From: Octopus bimaculoides
Lineage: Eukaryota
Reading direction: 5' to 3'
Length of the DNA stretch: 64,000 nt
Assembly: GCF_001194135.2 (NCBI RefSeq)
Contig: NC_068983.1
Span: forward strand, 156,299,991-156,363,990
Shown: positions 52,190 to 64,000 of the stretch, piece by piece
How the letters are laid out: every line of letters begins with the position of its first letter
Numbering within the stretch: position 1 is the stretch's first letter
Translations under genes and position numbers: made by a program
The notes under the pieces: generated by a model
What the model was told of the DNA's origin: nothing
Database searches by the model: none
What the model saw: only the letters and a program-made list of their open reading frames with translations

Positions 52190-53080
52190 CTTGTGGGAAC
52201 CCAAAAGTAACCGGAAATGTTCTCTGTAGGACAAGCCCGTTGTAGTTCGGGCGTCCGTCGATAGAAGCCAAATGATGCAACCCTCAGGCATCAATCTAAC
52301 GACCGGCGTCGGCGTGTTAGTCCTACTGCCACGCGGTACGTTTTTGTCTTGCAGTGCTACTTCCCTGTCGATGGCTGAAACGAAGGAACAGCGTGTTTCC
52401 GTGAAATTCTGTCTTCTGCTGGTGGAAGATGCCCACCGAAGCAGTTGTCATGTTTCAAACAGCTTACAAGGACGCTGCCATAAGTAAAACACAAGTTTAT
52501 GGGTGGTTTTCATGCTTTAGGAATGATCACATGTCGCTTGAAGACCAACCTCGTTCATGGTGACCGTCGATCTCCCTAACGAATGAAAACATCATGAAAA
52601 TTCATGAACTGATCTTGGAGGACCGTCACTAAACAAGTGACGAACTTGTTGATATGACCGATGTGACCTGGAGCTCCTGCCAAAGAATTTTGAGCGAAGA
52701 ATTGCTAATGAAAAGAGTTACAGCGAAAGTTGTGCCTCGCTTGCTCACGGAAGACCAAAAGCAGTCACGACTGAATGCGTTTCGTTAACTGAAAGAACGG
52801 TTGGAAGTTGATCCGCACGTTTTTTCGAAAGTCATCACTAGTGACGGAAACGGATGCTAAGGAACTTGCTGTTGTGGAAAAGGTGAAAGAAAAAAACGAC
52901 GGCGGCGTTAAGAGGCATCACTTTGCATGTGTCCCACCGCTTCGAACAACAGAAAACGCGTCTGGACCGATGCATTGCTTCAAATAGAGAATACTTTGGA
53001 AGTGATAGAAGTGTGAACATGTAAATCTAAGTGAATAAAATAACACAGGAAACTTTCGGTATCTTTTGGGTACACCCTCG
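52190..53080 (+). mobile_element. Mariner (irritans-like), 891 bp, catalytic core deleted
   Basis: Partial TIRs sharing ACCCAAAAG..ACCG.AA, right end rc CGAGGGTGTACCC, TA flanks. Translation MAETKEQRVSVKFC...LEDQPRS...TAKVVPRLLTEDQK...KVITSDG jumps to EKVKEKTT.ALRGI...RLDRCIASNREYF. Confidence 0.88.
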
Positions 53081-53361
53081 TATATGTATATTTCTATCCT
53101 CTACTCGCTTTCAAATATATATGAAATATACCTAATACACCTATAATTTTCATATGCTAGCCCTTTTATGAACATCTAAAAATATGCCATGTATTTATAT
53201 ATGAAATTTCTATATATATCTCTAGTTTCGTATAATCTTTTGTATCCTACTTTGAAATTATTTTTCATGACCATGTAAACACTCAATGTGGATAACGAAG
53301 GAAGACCACAACATTTCATTTTGAATACGGAAGTATTTTCAGAAATGTACGTATATAATAT

Positions 53362-53741
53362 GTTGTTGTTGGCACTCCGTTGCTTACGACGTCGAGGGTT
53401 CCAGTTGATCCGATCAACAGAACAGCCTGCTCGTGAAATTATCGTGCAAGTGGCTGAGCACTCCACAGACACGTGTACCCTTAACGTAGTTCTCGGGGAT
53501 ATTCAGCGTGACATAGTGTGACAAAGCTGACCCTTTGAATTACAGGCACAACAGAAAGAGGAAGTAAGAGTGAGAGAAAGTTGTGGTGAAAGAGTACAGC
53601 AGGGTTCGCCACCATCCCCTGCCGGAGCCTCGTGGGGCTTTTAGGTGTTTTCGCTCAATAAACACTCACAATGCCCGGTCTGAGAATCGAAACCGTGATC
53701 CTAAGACCGCTGCCCTAATCACTGGGCCATTGCGCCTCCAT
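53362..53741 (-). mobile_element. Full-length SINE family D with 11-bp TSD
   Basis: rc is closely similar to 33683-34072 along its length; GTATATAATAT at 53351-61 and 53742-52. Confidence 0.93.
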
Positions 53742-54344
53742 GTATATAATATATTATTTATATTATATATTGGCTTTAAGAATTTTTATTCTCTTAGGTT
53801 TCTTAGTTTGCATGCACTTATATGTCTTCCGGCGTTGCTAAGTTACATGTTAATCATTATTATTTGGAGCAAGTCCATTACTGTGGGATATTCTTAATAG
53901 ATTCTTTTGCTTCGTTAATCTTCATATACATGAACACGTATACGTATGCATATATACAGATATCTAAGTGTGTGTGTATGCATGTGCACGCGTGTGTGTA
54001 TGTGCGTGTGCATGCATGTAAATGTATATGCATGTATGCACCTGTATATAAATGTAAATATAAATAAAGACTTCAAATTAAATTATTCTAAATGACTTGA
54101 GATATTCTTTCTGCCTTGGTTTTGATTTTTCCTTTCATATAATACATACATGCAATAACGTAACTCTAACACGGATCTCTAGATCCAGCCTTAGCTGTGA
54201 TCTTGGGACCTACAGGTTGCCCTACTATAGCACTTTGTATGTATATATATATATATACACTCATATATAAATGCATGTATTGTTTGTATATATGTATATA
54301 TGAATGTATGCGTGTGTGTTCTTGTCCTCGTATTCGTCCTCCAC

Positions 54345-54526
54345 CACCACTTACCAACCGATATTGGTTTGTTTACGTCCATATAACGCAGGAATTGAGC
54401 AAAAATGGCTGATAGAATAAGTGCCAGGTATTTAAAAAATAAATACTGGGATCAATTTGATCGATTTTAAGCATTTAAGACGGTGCACCACCATGCCAGT
54501 AATCAAATGACTGCAACACGAAAATG

Positions 54527-54527
<1 letters not shown>
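54345..54527 (+). mobile_element. SINE family B, diverged 3' half
   Basis: GTTTACGTCC...GATAGAATAAGTGCCAGG...CTGGGATCAATTTG...GACGGTGCACCACCATG...AAATGACTGCAAC, followed by (GATA)n. Confidence 0.75.
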
Positions 54528-54575
<48 letters not shown>

Positions 54576-54973
54576 TACGTATATCTCTACAGGAAAGAGA
54601 GAGATATGCGGCCATTTCTTCTATGGTGAACAACTTCGCTTCGCATCCTTATGGACATAAGTAAACCTCACTGTTCAATAATAGGACGATTTCATCCTGG
54701 TATAGCCCCTAACTGACCAATATGTTCATTAATGAATTCAGTAAAAAGAAATTGCGCACCACCCACTCGTAGTTATTTATGTGTGTTGTGTGTGTCAGCG
54801 TATATGTGTCCTTCTATTTGCCACAGTTATTTTGTTTTTGGCTTCAAGTCGCAACGATGTTTATTTATTTGTATCTCCATACCATAGCGAATAGCATAAA
54901 ATATACAGCGTTGCGCCAGCCTGACCACCGTGCAATAACCGAAGCAGATTACAGAGCAATAAATACATAAATA

Positions 54974-55050
<77 letters not shown>

Positions 55051-55741
55051 NNNNNNNNNNNNNNNNNNNNNNNNNNNNNNNNNNNNNNNNNNNNNNNNNN
55101 NNNNNNNNNNNNNNNNNNNNNNNNNNNNNNNNNNNNNNNNNNNNNNNNNNNNNNNNNNNNNNNNNNNNNNNNNNNNNNNNNNNNNNNNNNNNNNNNNNNN
55201 NNNNNNNNNNNNNNNNNNNNNNNNNNNNNNNNNNNNNNNNNNNNNNNNNNNNNNNNNNNNNNNNNNNNNNNNNNNNNNNNNNNNNNNNNNNNNNNNNNNN
55301 NNNNNNNNNNNNNNNNNNNNNNNNNNNNNNNTATATATATGCATATTACATATATGAATGTGTATATGTATATATGGCTTTTGCTTTAAGCAAGAAAAAA
55401 TATTCTAACCCAATGAAGAGAATAACACGTCAAAGAAAATTTAAAGGCTGCTTCTCACTCACAGAGCAAGAAATAAAACGAATAAATGGAAAGCAATTCT
55501 ACGACTCAAGCTAAGATGATTCTCCTAGTATTGTGAAGCCAGTTGTAAACAAACAGAAATGAAATAAATTGTCTGTAAGAAGACACTGCAAATATACATA
55601 GATACACACACACACACACACACACACATACACACACATACACACACATGCACACGCACACACACATACACATATAGACGTACACACACTCACACACAAG
55701 CATACACATGCACACATATACATACAAGCACATACTTGTAT

Positions 55742-55785
<44 letters not shown>

Positions 55786-57192
55786 TTAGTTAGTTAGCTC
55801 GTTAGATAGATAGATAGATAGAGAGAGAGAGGGGGGTGAGATAGATGAAAACATATAATCATCCATATATTGATATATAAGTTACAGGTGCATGTTTTAG
55901 GTTTCTGCCAACCAACCAATTGAATGATTTTACTAAGATTTGGAGTACAGGAAGTACGTGTGCAGATGAATAATTTTTAGTGGGTGTACCCTGCACTGCA
56001 CTACCCCCACTTATTAGCCCAAGAAGACTTTCACCGGTGTGACTAGAGAATTGACAAAACCAGGAATTTCCAAGGCCTCAGGTTTTATTTCGGAGATTTC
56101 CTTCTCCTCGGTAGATTACCAACCAATGTTAAAGATCTTCTATTTGTTTACAACTGGCTTCACAATATATATGTATAAATGTATACACACATAAGCATAT
56201 ACGCAAACACAACGCAGAAGATACTATTTTACTGTTAAAATGTGATTACTTTTGCAACAGCAAATCAGCATCATTACAAAAGAGTCAATAAAAACAATAT
56301 CGTTTTCTTCTCTTATTTAAATAGTATATAAATATGTGCGTGTGCGTGTATGTGTGTGTGCATTTGCATAAACCTGTGTCTGCCTGTGTATGTATTTGTG
56401 TGTGCCTCTGTATGCATTTGCCGGTGTGCAACTTTGTGCGTAATTGTACGTAACTGTATGAGTGTGTAAATGATTGAGTGTGTAACTGCGTGAGTAACTG
56501 TGTGTGTATGTGTGTGTATGTGTGTGTCTCTTTGTGTGTGTATGTCTGTGTGTCTCTTTGTGTGTGTGTGTGTGTGTGCGTCTGCCTGTCTATCTGTCTG
56601 TCTGTCTGTATCTGTGTTTGTGTCTGTGAATATTAGGATTAACAGGCTAACTAAAAGATAGCATCTAAACCACGATGCACATCCTGGAAATTTTCTCTTA
56701 GAATAGCGTTAAGCAGCATAGTGTTTTGTTGCAGTATTTGTGTTACTGACTCTCTCAGTCTGGATATTTATCGACAGCTCAATCTTTTGATAAGTACGAG
56801 TGGGAGTGTTGTGAAGCATGAAAATAAGTGGGGCCAACACAGTACATTCATAGATAGCAATAGTTAGCTGTTAAAAATACAGTGGATTCTAAAATATTGG
56901 AGTCGATTTTATGTTGGATACTGTTACCATCAAAGATTGTAAAGACAAGCATTCCCATACCGCGCATGCTTACATATATTACATTAAAACGTGGATACCA
57001 ACTGTTAATCCCCAATGTTTTTCTCTAAGAATTATTTTTAATATTTGATAAGATAGTTACATAGAAACTGGTTGTATTTCAAACCACTCACTGTAACAAA
57101 AATATTAAACATTCTCTAAAATATACTTATGTGCCTTTTCCAACTTCATTTACTTTTTTTAACCATAATTTTTGATTTGCATGGTATCTTAA

Positions 57193-57326
57193 CCCCTTTT
57201 CAACTATGTATATATTGACAATATACATACATACATACATACATAGGTATACTTAGACAAGTTTCCGCCAGAATTGGCCCAGGCCATTACCAAATCGACT
57301 ACTTCACGCCAGATGGCGCTATAAAG

Positions 57327-57360
<34 letters not shown>

Positions 57361-57453
57361 GCACACACAGTCACACATACATACGCGCACACACACACAC
57401 TTATGTATGTATGTATGTATGTATGTATGTATATTGTCAATATATACACATTC
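57193..57453. mobile_element. piggyBac-like MITE (TTAA flanks, subterminal inverted repeats)
   Basis: TTAA at 57189-92 and 57454-57; left end starts CCCCTTTT; 39-bp inverted repeat TGTATATATTGACAATATACATAC(ATAC)n at 57207-45 and 57410-48; outer part of the right TIR missing. Confidence 0.6.
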
Positions 57454-57732
57454 TTAACCAGGTTGCCCTTCTCCACGCACACAATAGATTAAATCTTAAG
57501 AAAATACGAATTTACAACGCGAAACCGGTCGACAAACACAATGTAAAATATATTAATAAATATATTAAACCATGTAAAGTGTGTGCATTTTCCTTCTTTT
57601 ATATTATATATTTTTTTGCATTACAAAACACCACGTGGGCATAATGGAAATTCCCCCCTTTCTGTTATATATATAGAGATATACATACGGGTAATGTGAT
57701 TGATCGATCGATCGATCGATAGATAGATAGAT

Positions 57733-57980
57733 ATGTTTCTTTATTAGCCACACAGGGCTCAACATAGAGGGGACAAAATACAAATGTAGAGTTTTTCTTT
57801 TCGATGGGGACGAAAATAAAGTAAAAATTAAAATGGGGATAACGATGAAAAGGCATCGAGAAAACGTTTGGGGTATGTACAAAAAAAAAAAAATATTACA
57901 AAAATTTCACAATAAATGGGGAGGTTATCCGTGGAGAGAAAAACCTACGGAAAAGACCACGGTAACCTCGGTCCTTAGTG
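57733..57980 (-). mobile_element. 3' end of a probable L1/Tx1-type retroelement ending at (GATA)n
   Basis: Minus strand ends ...GCCCTGTGTGGCTAATAAAGAAACAT, running directly into (ATCT)n/(ATCG)n; another (GATA)n lies at 58061-58109. Clade assignment is from recall. Confidence 0.45.
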
Positions 57981-58061
57981 TCACAATTTTTTAAATAAAA
58001 TTTCTTTTCTTTATGCAAGAAACGTAAGTAACTCTCTGTTTACAAAATTTTAAAACGTTTT

Positions 58062-58110
<49 letters not shown>

Positions 58111-59190
58111 CATAAATTTGTGTGCGCGTGCGAACGTGTTCTTGTTTTTTTAATTCTTTTTGTGTGTTTGTGGAGCAGTGTTTCTTATAAGACATTCTCA
58201 TCAATATACTTCTTTTATTCAAATTCATTTACTTTTTTAATTGGCGATTCATAGAGATCTTCAGTAGCTCTTTATACTTTCGGGCTCTGTTGCTGCTTTA
58301 AGTTCTTCATAGACTTATCTTTTCCACGAAACCATTTATTTTATGGTCATTGTGCAAAAACGTCTAATATGGCTTTATAATATATTTTCTTCCACATTCA
58401 CATTAGATTGTATATGATTGTATGTAATTAATTGCTTATCACTCCCTCTTCAGTTTAATTGCTATTTATTAGCGAAAGCCATTTATTTAATATCATTTTA
58501 ATCGAATAGCTATTTATATTATTATATATTATTTTGAGGGGTTTATTTTGCTTCATTGTACTGGAATCACCTGGAGTCCATTACGCAAACTTTTCTCCAT
58601 CAGTGAACAGTATTTCCATTTAAAACTCTTATTAGATAATATCTTCTAACGAGAACTGAATTATTTTCTCTTTTAATCTTAGTCCGTTGATTAATTAATC
58701 TATTGTCTCATTGCTTATTCGATTGATTGCATTGAGTGATTTCGGGATTGTGTACATATATATACTGCGTTCACACACACACACACACACACACACAGAG
58801 AGAGACGTACACACATATGTCTTGAACATTTTCTTCTCATTTGCATGCGTCAAGTTCGAAAATGTATCACGTTATTTTTACAATCTACACACACAGCTTT
58901 TACTGTATTTAAATACGAAGCTTTCAAATGCTATCTGAAACGATAGTTAGAATGCCGGTTATTTGGGCGACAACGTCTATTCGTGGTGTTTTTTAGTTAC
59001 TCGTGGTTCCCAGTGTCTCAGCCATTTCTTTCCTGGTAGTCCTAGACTATACCACGTTCTCTTCTTATACAAAGTGCATTTTTCTTGCGTTGTTTTTGTT
59101 TACGCTCCACATTCACTCCCAGCATATCCGAATTTCTGATATTGCTGTCTACTTTTGATGCATATTTTCTGCTGTTGTTCTCTTTTTTTA

Positions 59191-60342
59191 TTGGGTTGGT
59201 AACTAAGTTCCCGCCGTTTTTTTTAATTTAAATTTTTTAAAAGGTTTAATAAAAAATAACAACTAATTTATCAATAATGTATTTACCCTTGTTGTTTACA
59301 ACTTCCCAACGTTCAACAAGATTTTCAATACATCGTTCGTAGAAACCATCCGATTTCGACTCGAAAAATTGATCCAAACAAGCTCTCAATCTTGCATCAA
59401 TATTGAAAGAAACTCCGCGCATAGCATATGAAAGAGATCGAAAGAGGTGGAAATCCGTTGGTGCCAAATCAGGAGAGTACGACGGCTGTGGCATCACTTC
59501 CAGCCATGCGTTTGGATAGCTTCCTTGGTCATATTGGCGATATGAGGCCAGGCGTTGTCGCGCAGCAGAAGAACTCAATGCTGCCGATTAGGTCTTTTCT
59601 CTTCATTCTATGTATTGAACATAGAGTTTCGCGTTGACTGCTTAGTTACGTTCAAGCAATTCGTAATGGATAATCCCTTCCCACTCCCACAATACGTACA
59701 GCATCGTTTCATGCGTATGAAGATTTTGTTTCACGCGCGGTGTCGCTTGTTTAACGGGGCTAAGCCATTCCTTACGCTGCTTCATATTGATGTACAGGCA
59801 CCATTTTTCGTCGGCAATAATGATTCGGTAAAGAAATCGTTGCTTATGTCCATGAGTTGAGTGGTGACGAGCAAGCAAAGCAGCGGAGATTGTGGCTCGT
59901 TGATTTTTGTTGTTGTCACTTAAAGAATGCGGAACCCATGCTCCTTACTTCTGAACCTTTCCCATCGAGTGAAGATACTTCTCTATAGCAGTGTGGGAGT
60001 ATTCTATTTTTTCTGCCAGTTTCTTTGTCGTTTGACGAGAATTTTCGTACAAAAGTTGGTTTAATTGCTCTTCATCGAACTCAACTGGATGGCCAGAACG
60101 AGGTACGTCTTTCAGGTCAAAATTTCCATTTTTTAACTTAGCATACCAATCACAAGCGGTGCTTTCAGCCATGGCACCCTCTCCACACACAGTACAAACA
60201 TCGCGAGCAGCTTTTGCGGCCTTAGAACCTTGATTAAAAGCAAAAAGAAGAAGGTGGCAAAAATGCTCGTTTTTCTTAACTTGACATTCCATTTTAATGA
60301 TCTGAAAATAAAGAAAAATTAACTAAAATTAACTAGGTAAAA
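59191..60342 (-). mobile_element. Mariner transposon with a near-complete but frameshifted DD34D transposase (59246-60292); 5' TIR lost in gap
   Basis: TA plus TIR TTGGGTTGGTAACTAAGTTCCCGCCGTTTT at 59191; MECQVKKNEHFCHLLLFAFN..., IIADEKW, WEWEGIIHYELL, RDNARPH, QPSYSPDLAPTDFHLFRSL, VERWE.VVNNKGKYIID. Confidence 0.95.
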
Positions 60343-61080
60343 NNNNNNNNNNNNNNNNNNNNNNNNNNNNNNNNNNNNNNNNNNNNNNNNNNNNNNNNNN
60401 NNNNNNNNNNNNNNNNNNNNNNNNNNNNNNNNNNNNNNNNNNNNNNNNNNNNNNNNNNNNNNNNNNNNNNNNNNNNNNNNNNNNNNNNNNNNNNNNNNNN
60501 NNNNNNNNNNNNNNNNNNNNNNNNNNNNNNNNNNNNNNNNNNNNNNNNNNNNNNNNNNNNNNNNNNNNNNNNNNNNNNNNNNNNNNNNNNNNNNNNNNNN
60601 NNNNNNNNNNNNNNNNNNNNNNNNNNNNNNNNNNNNNNNNNNNNNNNNNNNNNNNNNNNNNNNNNNNNNNNNNNNNNNNNNNNNNNNNNNNNNNNNNNNN
60701 NNNNNNNNNNNNNNNNNNNNNNNNNNNNNNNNNNNNNNNNNNNNNNNNNNNNNNNNNNNNNNNNNNNNNNNNNNNNNNNNNNNNNNNNNNNNNNNNNNNN
60801 NNNNNNNNNNNNNNNNNNNNNNNNNNNNNNNNNNNNNNNNNNNNNNNNNNNNNGTTTTATGCTGGTAAGTTTCCATGTTATTTTTCTCTACTTTTCTGAG
60901 TTAGTCTTATAAAATCGTTACACTTGTCTTCCGAAAGTGACAGCACATCTACAGAAATACGCACATTCATGCTTTAAGTATGGAACGAGTTTATATCCCT
61001 ATTCCAAATTTATTCAATCTCACTTTCCTCTTTCAAACGTATAAGCATTTGCCAACATGGCAAAATCTTCTCCAGGCAAT

Positions 61081-61146
<66 letters not shown>
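61081..61146. repeat. Perfect (GTA)22 microsatellite
   Basis: Direct inspection. Confidence 0.98.
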
Positions 61147-61147
<1 letters not shown>

Positions 61148-61323
61148 ATGAACATGAATTTAATGTCACTACTAACCTGCTATCCAGCAAAACAACGGCT
61201 AATTCAGCCAGAGACAAATGTCAGTCAACTCTGTCTGAAACAGGTCGTAGAGATACGCCCCACGGTATCTCTCAAAGTAACAACAAAAATATCAAACTCT
61301 AACAGAATCAACTAAGCTGACAG

Positions 61324-61613
61324 ACATCACCACTACAAAAAAAGAAAGAAAAGAAAACCATCAGCAGCACGTATAACAACAACAATGATAGCAACAAAGA
61401 AAACAAGAACGGCGTAAGAAAACATCCACGTAAGAGCGATGACTTGCGCGGTGAAAGTCTATGCGTCGAAGAGGATCAACTAGCTGGTCTATTCTGGAGA
61501 ACTTTCGGTCCCGGTACTACCATAGTTAAATTACAGAAATCCCTGACATGGAAGTGCTACCGAGGAGAGCTGCTAGTTCAAAATGAACTCTACAGGCACG
61601 AAAGCGCTGTCAG
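61324..61613 (+). CDS. Candidate coding exon of an unidentified host gene
   Basis: Stop-free frame 61321-61613 lacking a start codon, so absent from the ORF track: TSPLQKKKEKKTISSTYNNNNDSNKENKNGVRKHPRKSDDLRGESLCVEEDQLAGLFWRTFGPGTTIVKLQKSLTWKCYRGELLVQNELYRHESAV. Ends at CAG|GTAGGA; weak acceptor; no family recognised. Confidence 0.3.
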
Positions 61614-62201
61614 GTAGGATTATCCGAGATGCGCAGTGTGGCGAAATCGTTCTGCATGCACTCTTTCATTGCTGCTGATTACTTGAACTGCCGTTATCAG
61701 GTAGGAGAAATCCGATTATTGGCCGAATCCATCATGATGATCTCCCCACCACCCACCTTTAACAAGCCAGCTCAGACGGTATTCCGCCGTCTAGTGCCTG
61801 CCTATGGTGGAAAGGGTTGTGTGGTGGACGAGGCAGAAAGGATTGAGGAAAGACCTTCCACTTCGGCCAAGCTCTCATCGACTTCCTTCAATTCCACTTG
61901 GAAAGGAAAGTGAGATTGATAATGGAAGTGTTATCTCCCAGTGGATTTCTGAAAAAAAAATAGGTGATAGTGACAACAAATAATTAGAGTAAATGCGCCA
62001 GTAGTCTCGAGAGCAGGAGTGAGAGAGCTCGTGCCTTTGGTTGTCAGGATAATCTTGGATCTTTTGGGTCTCCTTCATCTATGCCTCTGTTGTCTAAAAA
62101 ATTATCACCATCATTATCATCATCATCATCATCATCATCATTATTACTGCCATCATCATCATCATCATCATCATTATTATTATTATTATTATCATTATTA
62201 T

Positions 62202-62342
62202 TAAGGATGGAGCTGACATGATCGTTAACACGCTGTGCAACGCTAAACGGCATTTCGTCCGTCTCTGAGTTCAAATTCCGCAGAGGCCGAATTTACACTT
62301 CATCCTGACGGGGTCGATAAATTAAGTACTAGTGAAACACGG
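62202..62342 (+). mobile_element. SINE family A, diverged and 3'-truncated
   Basis: TAAGGATGGAGCTGAC...CTGAGTTCAAATTCCGC...TTCATCCTGACGGGGTCGATAAATTAAGTAC, directly after a (CAT/TAT)n tract. Confidence 0.8.
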
Positions 62343-62727
62343 AAGTCGGAATGATAAAATAATAAACTAGTACCAACAAAAGTAAACAATAGTTGGATTA
62401 AACATTCTCATGCACCAACACGGAAAATGCTTAACTAATAAAGAAATAGATTATCTAACAGATTTTATAGTCAACGGAAGCATACAAGCACTAATTAACA
62501 GCATATTTCTTCCACAGAATAATAAACAATAATTATTTATAACACTTTTATGTAAACAATTATTATATCACTTATCCATAATTATTCTATCTGTCATATG
62601 GTATATTAAATAGCATATGGCATATTTCTGTAATGCTTTTGTAGCTTTAATAATAAAGCATATTACTCTACGTCCGATATTAGAGTACGATTTTTTCCAC
62701 CTTGTGTTACAGCTATGTGCTTATTTC

Positions 62728-62782
<55 letters not shown>

Positions 62783-63705
62783 NNNNNNNNNNNNNNNNNN
62801 NNNNNNNNNNNNNNNNNNNNNNNNNNNNNNNNNNNNNNNNNNNNNNNNNNNNNNNNNNNNNNNNNNNNNNNNNNNNNNNNNNNNNNNNNNNNNNNNNNNN
62901 NNNNNNNNNNNNNNNNNNNNNNNNNNNNNNNNNNNNNNNNNNNNNNNNNNNNNNNNNNNNNNNNNNNNNNNNNNNNNNNNNNNNNNNNNNNNNNNNNNNN
63001 NNNNNNNNNNNNNNNNNNNNNNNNNNNNNNNNNNNNNNNNNNNNNNNNNNNNNNNNNNNNNNNNNNNNNNNNNNNNNNNNNNNNNNNNNNNNNNNNNNNN
63101 NNNNNNNNNNNNNNNNNNNNNNNNNNNNNNNNNNNNNNNNNNNNNNNNNNNNNNNNNNNNNNNNNNNNNNNNNNNNNNNNNNNNNNNNNNNNNNNNNNNN
63201 NNNNNNNNNNNNNNNNNNNNNNNNNNNNNNNNNNNNNNNNNNNNNNNNNNNNNNNNNNNNNNNNNNNNNNNNNNNNNNNNNNNNNNNNNNNNNNNNNNNT
63301 ATATATATATATATATATATATATATGAATTTTTATAGCGTGAATACTGAAAAAACGCGCAATTCTCCCTGATAAGATTAACGTTTCGAAAATGGATAGA
63401 GAAATAGATTCGGTACGGTGGTAGAACACCTGTCAACGCTTCAGGAGTTGCAAGTTTGTGTCCGCTGGCACCTTTCGATATTTTCTATCCAAAACGGCTT
63501 TTCAATTTACTATTTTTCCTGATATTGCACTTCGAAAACCTATTCCCCAAAAGTTATAGTTAACCTTGCACATACACACACATTAATGTGTGACTGTTTA
63601 ACTATGCGATTCTAGTGTTCATGTGTTAATAAAAAAGATAACTTTGCTCACACATAAACACCCATACACGCAGGCATACACACACACACATATGTATCAT
63701 ATATA

Positions 63706-63753
<48 letters not shown>

Positions 63754-64000
63754 TTTGCTCTGCTTTTATCAAATATTTTGCCAATTTTGTAATTATAAGG
63801 TTTTATGACTGAGAAAATATATAGCTAGTTTTCACTGACTTTTATCACGTGCTAGATGTTCCTGTTCCACTTACTTTTTGATAAGAATATTACTATTCTG
63901 ATATATTTATTGTGATTGTGTACATGTTTATTTGTACACACAGATACACTCACACACGCACGCATACGCACACACGCGTGTGCGAACACTGAAGACACAC

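Noticed and set aside
61773-61795. Hairpin AGACGG...CCGTCT plus CTAG as a Helitron 3' end
   Set aside because: 6-bp stem overlaps the CTAG instead of lying about 10 nt upstream; no other Helitron evidence.

Overview
Eukaryotic, AT-rich, repeat-dense scaffold segment with 13 N-gaps, most bordered by microsatellites. Composition, simple-repeat load and SINE families point to a cephalopod, most likely Octopus (inference, not a database match). No host gene, tRNA/rRNA gene or CRISPR array can be confidently identified; most ORF-track entries are artefacts of microsatellites or N-runs. Supported content: four dead mariner (DD34D-family) transposons of different lineages; a decayed Neptune-like Penelope-like element (PLE); a 5'-truncated CR1-group LINE; a co-oriented stack of R4/Dong-like (RLE-endonuclease) LINE 3' ends separated by (TAA)n tracts; about 15 copies or fragments of several tRNA-derived SINE families; two MITE-like inverted-repeat elements; and three weak host-exon candidates. 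Most interesting signals: (i) several PLE-terminal fragments carrying degenerate hammerhead-ribozyme cores with palindromic helix III, one with a roughly 125-nt insert in helix II, lying inverted just upstream of the PLE ORF; (ii) a CR1 3' tail shared with the most common SINE family in the window; (iii) the microsatellite-associated retrotransposon stack with a (CCCTAA)4 junction; (iv) a MITE carrying a CTCF-like motif. These are variations on known TE biology; I see no evidence for a wholly new system.
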